A stretch of 64,000 nt of DNA from the NCBI RefSeq assembly GCF_964355755.1, contig NC_092670.1, forward strand, positions 5,756,201-5,820,200, in the 5' to 3' direction. The stretch is from Antedon mediterranea (lineage: Eukaryota; Animalia; Echinodermata). Below the pieces are notes generated by a model that saw nothing but the letters and a program-made list of their open reading frames with translations, searched no databases and was not told the origin of the DNA. Of the stretch, positions 53,555 through 64,000 are shown piece after piece (position 1 is the stretch's first letter; the number at the start of each line of letters is the position of its first letter). The position numbers and the translations under genes are program-made.

Positions 53555-56500
53555 TTTGTCTTCTTTCTTTCTGTATGATTTTTGTGGATCGCTTTTCTCT
53601 AAAACTTGCAAACATAACATTTTGTAACTTTCTCAACATATCGTCATGCACATGAAGATGTGCAGCGAAGCTTTTCATGATGTTTACAATTGCGCAACGT
53701 GACTTACGCGCGATTTAACGATTTTGTCGTATTTAACATAGCTCGACAACCAAATAACATTTCAACTTGAAACTTTGCAAAAGTTTAATTTATATCATGC
53801 GCTAACTTTCTGTTGAAAAAAAATTGCGTGTTTTACACAAAGTTACGCGCGCACGCGCATTTAAAATTTCAAAATGCGCAAAATTAATTTATAATCAACT
53901 TTCTACGCGATTCATGTCGTTTTAAGCATGTCAAAAATTCCCACGCGTGCGCACATTTTTACGTGTGCGGTGCGCACGTAGCATTGAAAACGTATTTTTT
54001 TCGCGTGATTTATATTTTTCCAGCCTTTTCTAGTAATTTTACCAAATTTTAAACAATTTCGACTTAAAGATACGTCATACGAGCACGTCGAATTGGACAA
54101 TTTGCGCGCGTTTTTTATGAAAAGGTTAAAAAATTTGTTTAAAATATGCCTTTTTTTAAACAGTCGTAATTTCTAAACTAGACGGTCAACTTTTTGTGGA
54201 TGGCATATTCTGGAAGTAAATGAGTTGTAGATATCGGATCAGGTATTAATATGGCTAACCGGACATTGTGACGTCATCGTATGGCCACGCGAATATAAAA
54301 TTTAGGATTTTTGTACCTTTCGTCATAGCTCATCACATTGAATAGAGCGCATCTCCACTTATCCGTTTTCCATTTTCACCCCGATTTTGATATTGTCTAG
54401 GTCAATCAAGTATCTTTCGCAGGAGTTAAAAATATTTTAATTTTTTTGACGTCATCATGCCTAAAAATTTAAATCACGTGTGGCATTAATTTCATCTTTA
54501 CAGTAAATTTTAATCTGTTATAGCTCATAAGAATAAAATGTGATAATCACGATTAAAACTTTTTCTGGAAGCTATTGGATTGTAGATACGAAATTATGTA
54601 AAAATGTTGCCAATCGGATGTTGTGACGTCATCATATGGCCAGTTATATAAAAAAGGTCGTATTTTCATCTTTTGCGTCATAATTCATTACATTTAAAAG
54701 AGCGCGCATCAATATTTCACGTATTCAAATTTTTTCTACACGCTAATACGTTGTTGCTGAGATAATTTCCTTTCGGAATTGCTACCTTCGCGTTTCATTT
54801 TAAAACCGTCAACATGTTAAAAATTGCAATAAATAGCGGGTCCCGTAATTTCACCTATTCTACACTGTATGTGATATGGATACAGATTATACTGTGTATA
54901 CTATATATGAATTTAAATAATAAAATTCAGCAATAACAACATATCATATTCTTCAGTTCAGGTCATAATGCCAACGTGAACACTTCCTTTTGTCCTCAAC
55001 CTATCCCCTTAATGTTAATGTTGCACCACTTGCGCGGCGGATAACCAAACTCGTCAAAGTGACGAGTTACATGTCTAGTTATTTCTCTTCTTTCTTTCTG
55101 TATGATTTTTGTGGAACGCTTTTCTCGAAAACTTGCAAACATAAAATTTTGTAACTTTCTCAACATATCGTCATGCACATGAAGATGTGCAGCGAAGCTT
55201 TTCATGATGTTTACAATTGCGCAACGTGACCTACGCGCGATTTAACGATTTTGTCGTATTTAACATAGCTCGACAACCAAATAACATTTCAACTTGAAAC
55301 TTTGCAAAAGTTTAATTTATATCATGCGCTAACTTTCTGTTGAAAAAAAATTGCGTGTTTTACATAAAGTTACGCGCGCACGCGCATATAAAATTTCAAA
55401 ATGCGCAAAATTAATTTATAATCAACTTTCTACGCGTTTCATGTCGTTTTAAGCATGTCACAAATTCCCACGCGTGCGCACATTTTTACGTGTGCGGTGC
55501 GCACGTAGCATTGAAAACGTATTTTTTTCGCGTGATTTATGTTGTTTCAGCTTTTTCAAGTAATTTTACCAAATTTTAAACAATTTCGACTTAAAGATAC
55601 GTCATACGAGCACGTCGAATTGGACAATTGGCGCGCGTTTTTTATGAAAAGGTTAAAAAATTCGTTTAAAATATGCCTTTTTTTAAACAGTCGTAATTTC
55701 TAAACTAGACGGTCAACTTTTTGTGGATGGCATATTCTGGAAGTAGATGAGTTGTAGATATCGAATCAGGTAGTAATATGGCTAACTGAACATTGTGACG
55801 TCATCGTATGGCCACACGAATATAAAATTTAGGATTTTTGTATCTTTCGTCATAGCTCATCACATTGAATAGAGCGCATCTCCACTTATCCGTTTTCCAT
55901 TTTCACCCCGATTTTGATATTGTCTAGGTCAATCAAGTATCTTTCGCATGAGTTAAAAATATTTTAATTTTTTTGACGTCATCATGCCTAAAAATTTAAA
56001 TCACGTGTGGCATTAATTTCATCTTTACATTAAATTTTAATCTGTTATAGCTCGTAAGAATAAAATGTGATAATCACGATTAAAACTTTTTCTGGAAGCT
56101 ATTGGATTGTAGATACGAAATTATGTAAAAATGTTGCCAATCGGATGTTGTGACGTCATCATATGGCTAGTTAAACAAAAAAGGTCGTATTTTCATCTTT
56201 TGCGTCATAATTCATTACATTTAAAAGAGTGCGCATCAATATTTCACGTATTCAAATTTCTTCTACACGCTAATACGTTGTTGCTGAGAAAATTTCCTTT
56301 CGGAATTGCTACCTTCGCGTTTCATTTTAAAACCGTCAACATGTTAAAAATTGCAATAAACAGCGGATCCCGTAATTTCACCTATTCTACACTGTATGTG
56401 ATATGGATACAGATACTGTGTATACTATATATGAATTTAAATAATAAAATTCAGCAATAACAACATATCATATTCTTCAGTTCAGGTCATAATGCCAACG

Positions 56501-58203
56501 TGAACACTTCCTTTTGTCCTCAACCTATCCTCTTAATGTTAATGTTGCACCACTTGCGCGGCGGATAACCAAACTCGTCAAAGTGACGAGTTACATGTCT
56601 AGTTTCACCTATTCTACACTGTATGTCACTGTATGTGATATGGATACAGAATATACTGTGTATACTATATATGAATTTAAATAATAAAATTCAGCAATAA
56701 CAACATATCATATTCTTCAGTTCAGATCATAATGCCAACGTGAACACTTCCTTTTGTCCTCAACCTATCCCCTTAATGTTAATGTTGCACCACTTGCGCG
56801 GCGGATAACCAAACTCGTCAAAGTGACGAGTTACATGTCTAGTTTCTCTTCTTTCTTTCTGTATGATTTTTGTGGAACGCTTTTCTCGAAAACTTGCAAA
56901 CATAACATTTTGTAACTTTCTCAAAATATCGTCATGCACATGAAGATGTGCAGCGAAGCTTTTCATGATGTTTACAATTGCGCAACGTGACTTACGCGCG
57001 ATTTAACAATTTTGTCGTATTTAACATAGCTCGACAACCAAATAACATTTCAACTTGAAACTTTGCAAAAGTTTAATTTATATCATGCGCTAACTTTCTG
57101 TTGAAAAAAAATTGCGTGTTTTACACAAAGTTACGCGCGCACGCGCATATAAAATTTCAAAATGCGCAAAATTAATTTATAATCAACTTTCTACGCGTTT
57201 CATGTCGTTTTAAGCATGTCAAAAATTCCCACGCGTGCGCACATTTTTACGTGTGCGGTGCGCACGTAGCATTGAAAACGTATTTTTTTCGCGTGATTTA
57301 TGTTGTTCCAGCTTTTTCAAGTAATTTTACCAAATTTTAAACAATTTCGACTTAAAGATACGTCATACGAGCACGTCGAATTGGACAATTGGCGCGCGTT
57401 TTTTATGAAAAGGTTAAAAAATTCGTTTAAAATATGCTTTTTTTTAAACAGTCGTAATTTCTAAACTAGACGGTCAACTTTTTGTGGATGGCATATTCTG
57501 GAAGTAGATGAGTTGTAGATATCGGATCAGGTAGTAATATGGCTAACCGGACATTGTGACGTCATCGTATGGCCACACGAATATAAAATTTAGGATTTTT
57601 GTATCTTTCGTCATAGCTCATCACATTGAATAGAGCGCATCTCCACTTATCCGTTTTCCATTTTCACCCCGATTTTGATATTGTCTAGGTCAATCAAGTA
57701 TCTTTCGCATGAGTTAAAATATTTTAATTTTTTTACGTCATCATGCCTAAAACTTTAAATCACGTGTGGCATTAATTTCATCTTTACAGTAAATTTTAAT
57801 CTGTTATAGCTCGTAAGAATAAAATGTGATAATCACGATTAAAACTTTTTCTGGAAGCTATTGGATTGTAGATACGAAATTATGTAAAAATGTTGCCAAT
57901 CGGATGTTGTGACGTCATCATATGGCCAGTTAAATAAAAAAGGTCGTATTTTCATCTTTTGCGTCATAATTCATTACATTTAAAAGAGCGCGCATCAATA
58001 TTTCACGTATTCAAATTTCTTCTACACGCTAATACGTTGTTGCTGAGATAATTTCCTTTCGGAATTGCTACCTTCGCGTTTCATTTTAAAACCGTCAACA
58101 TGTTAAAAATTGCAATAAATAGCGGGTCCCGTAATTTCACCTATTCTACACTGTATGTGATATGGATACAGATACTGTGTATACTATATATGAATTTAAA
58201 TAA

Positions 58204-59763
58204 CTAGATGGCACGCTCGCTTCGCTCGCGTACCATCTAGGTCGTGCCCACAGATGGTTCTCGAATACACAGTATTTCCAGCGAGAAAAAAATGGAGATT
58301 TCAAATGTACGTATACCGCAGGACTATAATACATTGTCGTTTACAGAAACGAATAAATATACACAATGATTTATGTAGTCAACCAAAATTAGCACCCTGG
58401 GAATTACTTCCGAGAGAGAAACAAAATGAGTCAAATTTTTTTATTTGGACTCATTTAAACAAACCCAATTTGTGTTTTGTATGTAACATTAAGGGTTGAG
58501 GGATGGGGGAAGAAGATAGGTACAAAGAGGAAACATTTTAAAATATATTCTTATCCACTCAGTAACGAAATATTGTTTTTAATGTTTTATAGGCCTATAA
58601 ATAATATACCACTAAATACAGTAAAACATTTACGATTTAATACGGTACTTTGTTAAAACTCTCACTGTCATAGTCGATTGAAATAGTAAAGTACATGTAA
58701 CGATACACCACTACGACGTTTATATATTTTTAAATTATTAATTAATACAAACGTTGAGAAGCAACTGTCAGTATTAACGTTTATTTATTTGTATATTATA
58801 TGTTTATAATCTAACAGTAGGGCCTACCCACACTCACAGTAATAAAGTTTATTTGTATATATTTTTATATTACATCTAACAGTACCAACACTCACAGTAA
58901 GAAATTTGCGATTCAAATTGCGATCAAAAGTGGTTAATACCATAACAGTATTGTACAGCATTGCAATACTATTTATGTTTATTCTCCAAGGGGGCCCATA
59001 AATCTAAATCTATACCTCTATGGTTAAACCAAATAATTTGGAATGTTTATTTGTATATTATATGTTTATAATCTAACAGTAGGGCCTACCCACACTCACA
59101 GTAATAAAGTTTATTTGTATATATTTTTATATTACATCTAACAGTACCAACACTCACAGTAAGAAATTTGCGATTCAAATTGCGATCAAAAGTGGTTAAT
59201 ACCTTAACAGTATTGTACAGCATTGCAATACTATTTATGTTTATTCTCCAAGGGGGCCCATAAATCTAAATCTATACCTGTATGGTTAAACCAAATAATT
59301 TGGAATGTTCCATTCATCACAAATCAATACATTTGTAAAAACGTATATTAAATGTATCAAAATAGTATTTTTTAAAGAAAATCGGCCTGTCTTCAACATT
59401 ATGATGCTGTACTCGAACTGTTCAATCGGTTTTCAGCTATTAAAAACAATTATCGTAGGAGGAGATAGGAAAATGCGAAGCCTCCTCGCATTTTTTTGGC
59501 GGGTATTTTTCAAGATGGACATCCATTAGACAGTGTATACCACGATCGGAAAACACCCCTATTTGGGGCAAATCGTTGAACCTAAATTCGTTTTAATCGT
59601 CAATAACTAATTATCTAACTTAATTTAATTAGTAAACAGGGTTACATCAGGTGGTTAAAATCAGTACCGAAAGTACGAACCAACTTTACATACCATCGAG
59701 TAAAAATTCTAGAAGTAAGGCGCGATTTACCGAATTTTGCCCTTACGTAAATTTATATATAGA
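58204..59763 (-). mobile_element. Canonical non-autonomous Helitron (5' TC ... hairpin-CTAG 3'), 1560 bp, inserted antisense into the last HINE
   Basis: Host aatttaaataa|taaaattcagc is split with no TSD (A|T). Minus strand starts TCTATATATAAAT and ends CTAGATGGTACGCGAGCGAAGCGAGCGTGCCATCTAG. Confidence 0.85.
58784..59307. repeat. Two near-identical 262-bp tandem copies inside the Helitron
   Basis: ctaacagtagggcctacccacactcacag at 58811 and 59073. Confidence 0.85.
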
Positions 59764-59921
59764 TAAAATTCAGCAATAACAACATATCATATTCTTCAGT
59801 TCAGGTCATAATGCCAACGTGAACACTTCCTTTTGTCCTCAACCTATCCTCTTAATGTTAATGTTGCACCACTTGCGCGGCGGATAACCAAACTCGTCAA
59901 AGTGACGAGTTACATGTCTAG

Positions 59922-60110
59922 TGGTAATATCGGACTAGCATGTGATAGGCATGGGTTCGAGGTTATCTGTACCATACTAATTGCATCCTTAGGCAAGATG
60001 CTTTACTCTCATTGCCTAATCTGGTGGGCGCTGCACTGCTGGCTGCCGTGGGTCCGTGGAGGGCCTAATCCGAATTTCCTCACTGAGGACAAATATTAAT
60101 ACAAAATACA
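59922..60110 (+). mobile_element. tRNA-derived SINE, 5'-truncated by the outermost HINE
   Basis: tggtaatatcggactagcatgtgataggcatGGGTTCGAGg...ccttaggcaagatgctttactctcattg; A-rich tail; homologous to 61633-61807. Confidence 0.7.
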
Positions 60111-60746
60111 GAAAAAATACAAATAAATTATTACTTACTCCATGGATTAATACAGTAGGCCCTATGTCCAATGATTTAACATTGACATGACAGTCACTTA
60201 AATGCCACCGATGTTTATTGTAGATTTGATTTACCAAAAAAAAAGAAAAAATCACAAAAAATAGCTATTTTTAATTTCAAAACGATACTAAATTTATAGA
60301 TTGAAGAAGCTATTATTGTGAATGTATTGTGTGATCAATCCATTCAACAATTTCGTATCGTGTGTTTGTTCGCCTTTCATATTTGATAGACCTCTATTAA
60401 TGCGAAAATGAACTTGATAATGTTTGTAAGCCTACATAATTTATTTATTCATAATACAGTTTGTACTAAAATTTAGCCTTGATAGTGTCTGAAAATTCAG
60501 ATCTTGAAAACTCAGATACGAGATATATCTCAGGTTTCTATATCTATAACACTCAGATATCAACATCTAGGTTTTCTAGTTCCAGAATAGAACTATAAAA
60601 CTTCCATTATTAATCAGAGGGTAGGTAAAATGCTCAATATTATACGTTACAAATTGTAACTTGTAGTAGCCGCCTCTACGACTAAACGTGTTTCAGTTCT
60701 GTACCATTGTTTCCAATAATAATATGAAAGTATATTGTGCGTTGGC

Positions 60747-60759
60747 GTCTCCTAGCAAC
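60747..60759. promoter_or_regulatory. Candidate RFX X-box motif
   Basis: GTCTCCTAGCAAC resembles the X-box consensus; single motif, no supporting transcript evidence. Confidence 0.3.
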
Positions 60760-61632
60760 GGTCACATTCTTTCAAAGGGGGATTCCGAGTTTAAAATGAC
60801 TATTCAAATATATCTTTCTATATAAATAAAGTAACAGCAGAAAACTTGGTTACTTCATTGTTTTAATCACTACAAATTTGTTTCGTACGACCAGCATGTA
60901 GCTGGCCGCACTCTTCAGGTGAAATGTAAAACATAAGTGACATATAACATATATATCTATATATATATATAAAAGGAAAACACAAAAAGTCTGTCCTCTA
61001 ATACACGCCGTCGTGTAACTTTCGATCCGTCTGAATTTTACATCCAACATCCATTTTGCTACGGAGATGGTCATAATCTATATGAAAAGTTCGTAAACTA
61101 CATATTTAGGCCTACGGAATTATGAATTATTAAATATTTTAAAAAAATACCTCTGGGTCAATAGGCTATCAAATGTGGAATTTCCAAAGGTCGTCATTCA
61201 AAAATATAAAGGCTGAAACCGTGCAAACGGCACCATTACCGTTTAGAAAGGCGAGTCAAAAGGTTAGGCCCAATTTTCAAGTAAAAGAACAGCCACGTGG
61301 TCGATCGTTGATTAGTGTACTTCAATTCACTTCCATTTGTAATATAATATACATTTATAGGATGATTTATTTAGGCTTTATAACTAACTGGTAAGTATCA
61401 ATTCGGGCCTACTACTCTAGATAGTCTTGCTTATTCGATTTTTAACTGGGCCAAATCAGCTTCTTTTTTTTTTTGGAGTGGAATATTAACATTTCGAGAC
61501 CACACGTACGAACGACGATCGGGCCTTTTTTACCTCAATATTTATGGCCGATTTTTAGAGGATTTGGAGCGTTAAATTTAGATTATTTAGAAGTTGAATT
61601 GATTTAATATTGTGTTAACAAGCGTTTTTTTT

Positions 61633-61807
61633 ACCCTATTTAATGAGGGTGACCCATCCAGCACTTGCTGATCATTTGGGACCCTCAGGTAAGACAATGA
61701 GAGTAAAGCATCTTGCCTAATGATGCAATCAGTATGGTACAGATAACCTCGAACCCATGCATCCTATCACATGCTAGTCCGATATTATCATTACACCATC
61801 ACTCTCC
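61633..61807 (-). mobile_element. tRNA-derived SINE with intact 5' end, inverted relative to the 59922 copy
   Basis: Minus strand: ggagagtgaTGGTGTAATGataatatcggactagcatgtgataggatgcatGGGTTCGAGgttatctgtacc...taggcaagatgctttactctcattg (A and B boxes). Confidence 0.7.
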
Positions 61808-62446
61808 AGTATATGTAGCATGTTGTATCGACCCTCAAATAGTGACGTGACAATTTTCTGAAAAGTTTTATATTTATTAATACTATACATTAAAGTAACA
61901 ATATGATACTTAACAACCCTCTATCAGTTTAAACTTTCAAGTTTGAAAACAACAATATTGTTGCTCACATGCAATTATAGTTACTTTTAAATATTTAGGC
62001 CTAAAGCCTCCACCAAACAAAAAATCAAAAATACAATAATGTACACCAAGAAACTAGTTTTAGTTACAAGCGTAAACTCACCCTTCTGAGTATTGTTTTA
62101 CTGTAAACTTTTAAATAAAAATGCAGGCAACGAAACATTGGAATATTCGGTAAAAATACTATTGCCGAAACAGTTTAAGTTGATTATTAATAATTATACT
62201 ATTACATGTCAAAGTTTGACGTGTTTTAACTTATTAGGCCCTGTATTAATGAATAACAGTATATCATTACACGTTGTATAAACTCTCCAAAAACTTCAAA
62301 TTGAAACTGTAGTTAAGTTGTTAAACTAATACAAATATAAATAAAATGTCTAATTAATATGTCGTAATGGTAAAGTACAGTATATAATAACTATGCATAA
62401 TCCCTCCACCAAATTTAGAAGTTGTGTTATTAATATTAACAGAAAC

Positions 62447-63614
62447 TTATTCCCATGCATTCATCGAAGCTGGTGTTTCTGGTCGAGTTTCTTTCAAGCT
62501 GGGGGCGATGAACAAACGATTCAATGAGCCTGTGTAGAGTGTAAAAGAAAAAACAAATATTAGAAATGTGATAAAGCAGTAATCAGATATCTAACAACAG
62601 CTCCATCTAGTTCTTACTGCATGTTGATGTCATTATTTCCAATGGTGTTATAGTGTTATTTATTTGCATTACATTTTGATACACCAATGAGAACTAATTA
62701 CTGTTACAATAGATTCCTACCTGATGAAAGTTCGTCGTGAGATTTTACTCTACTTACACCAGCTGATACACTGGTTATAGAAACGACATTTTTCTTGTGA
62801 TGTTTTGATTTGCCTGTTTGATGATGCCTGGTTTAATTTAAAAAAACACATGAGCATGTTAGTTATTTCTTCACAATAACATAGATTCTAATAAATTCTA
62901 AAAACTTTTTTTTTAAATTATAAATCCTAGTATATTTTGACATACATGCCACATTGACCAATATTCCAACCACTCACTCATTTTTATTGTAAATATATAT
63001 ATAAGGGAGGTTTCCCAACGCTACGAATACGATAACGAAAACGGATACGTCACACATGTGTTAAACCTTTGAGCTGATCAGTCAAATTAGTAGGATAAAA
63101 AACGAATAGTGTTTGATATCATAGATATTTTAATGAAAGTAATTTAAATAGCAGTTTTAAAATCCTAGACAACTAATTAACACGTATCTAGGCCTACACT
63201 TCGTTCAAATTTACCGCATATTTGGACGACGCCCTCAAAATGTCATTGCCAGGCGAAACAGATTTTTACTGGCTTACGAAAACGAATACTCTTGTACTTT
63301 GTAATAGAAGGGAAGAGATACCCAGCACAGGTAGTAAAGTAAACAACATTTTGTTTACAAATAAACATTACAATTGGCAATTTAACATTAACATTATACG
63401 TACCGTTTGTATAATTGAAAAACACAAAGAACAAATAAAACCGCCAAGCAACTAACACCAATAATGATGAATATAGTGTATGATTTGTTATCATCACTAG
63501 AGTCATCTCTCTTAGAATAAAGAGAAACCTCTATGATTTCCATCTGAATAGCAGTTTCGATATTTTCTTTTTGTTCTTCAAATGAAGATTTCACAACTTT
63601 AGAGGGAATGTATT
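62447..63614 (-). CDS. Last three exons of a single-pass membrane protein gene (63614-63404, 62827-62721, 62529-62447)
   Basis: GT-AG introns with matching phases. Peptide: YIPSKVVKSSFEEQKENIETAIQMEIIEVSLYSKRDDSSDDNKS-YTIFIIIGVSCLAVLFVLCVFQLY(TM)-KR-HHQTGKSKHHKKNVVSITSVSAGVSRVKSHDELSS-GSLNRLFIAPSLKETRPETPASMNAWE*. Upstream exons not identified. Confidence 0.7.
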
Positions 63615-64000
63615 CTGAAACAAAAGTAATTAATGGTAATATATTGTCAAAAAACCATACTCTTCTACAGCTAGTTTCCATTTACTATTTTTCATGAGAA
63701 ACAATGCTCTTCTTTAGCTAGTTTCAATCCCTCCCACTGTGTGAAGTTGCTATTGTTTTTGGCTTTCACACCAGTCCCACCCCTTTCCACGTATATTCCA
63801 AGTTTTCTGGACTTTCTGCATTCTCACTCCATATTGATCGAAACGTCAAAAAACTCAATAGTTCTTTTCAGAAGTAATACACATTATAGTGTACCGCAAA
63901 ATTTATATCAATAATCAATGGTAATGTCATACAGTAGTTCGAATCTCAGTAGATTGATGTTTCTATTATTTCATATTTTTTTATATTAACAGTATAATTT

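Larger units (their letters stand above)
5290..59921 (+). mobile_element. Nested cluster of ~33 non-autonomous Helentron/HINE (DINE-1-like) elements, ~1.5-1.6 kb each, multiple subfamilies
   Basis: 3' CTAG termini end at 5610, 7138, 8665, 10185, 12831, 14373, 15958, 17470, 19237, 20771, 22285, 24188, 25865, 27395, 28957, 30577, 32172, 33683, 35293, 36818, 38495, 40017, 41542, 43226, 44753, 47308, 50340, 51935, 53554, 55078, 56602, 56842, 59921. Each is preceded by GCGGATAAC[C/T]AA and an AACTCGTC..GACGAGTT hairpin. 25 5' hairpin heads were found. No TSDs; insertion is always before a T. Confidence 0.9.

Noticed and set aside
5552-56966. Recurrent 60-110 aa ORFs (MSNSTCSYDV..., MLFGFRHML..., MSSTYPLNV...) as a tandem gene family
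   Set aside because: They recur only because the DNA repeats. Many start at non-ATG codons, sister copies have frameshifts and stops, some run across element junctions, and no domain is recognisable.
5290-59921. rDNA, 5S, histone or snRNA tandem gene array, or a regular higher-order satellite
   Set aside because: No recognisable RNA or histone gene lies in the unit, subfamily order is non-periodic, and the junctions are transposon termini.
5290-59921. Autonomous Helitron/Helentron RepHel gene
   Set aside because: No long ORF and no HUH or PIF1 motifs seen; the transposase must be supplied in trans.
63215-63400. Extra exon, or ORFs 63222-63455(+) and 63243-63506(-)
   Set aside because: No phase-compatible stop-free exon found; the 63404 donor joins the 62827 acceptor in frame without it.

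Overview
AT-rich eukaryotic (invertebrate-like animal) DNA with no prokaryotic gene structure. About 54.5 kb (~5.3-59.9 kb) looks like a 1.5-1.6 kb satellite. It is better explained as a pile of ~33 non-autonomous Helentron/HINE (DINE-1-like) rolling-circle elements from several subfamilies, all on the + strand. Each element has a 5' head (TT[G/A]GTTATCCGC..[C/A]GGATAAC hairpin plus a (CAT)n or poly-T tract) and a 3' end (GCGGATAAC[C/T]AA subTIR, AACTCGTCA-AAG-TGACGAGTT hairpin, CTAG). The elements are inserted into or just before one another's 5' heads, so heads and tails parse like nested brackets (last in, first out). The pile also holds a 969-bp TSD-flanked DNA transposon carried in two copies, a divergent family with a tRNA-like segment, and an antisense canonical TC...CTAG Helitron. 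The left flank has a foldback repeat, four in-phase exons of a spliced RPA-like OB-fold gene, mini-HINEs and a decayed DIRS/Ngaro-like gag fragment. The right flank has two tRNA-derived SINE copies and the last three exons of a minus-strand single-pass membrane protein gene. The recurrent short ORFs in the repeat are judged non-coding. All coordinates, counts and translations were read by eye.
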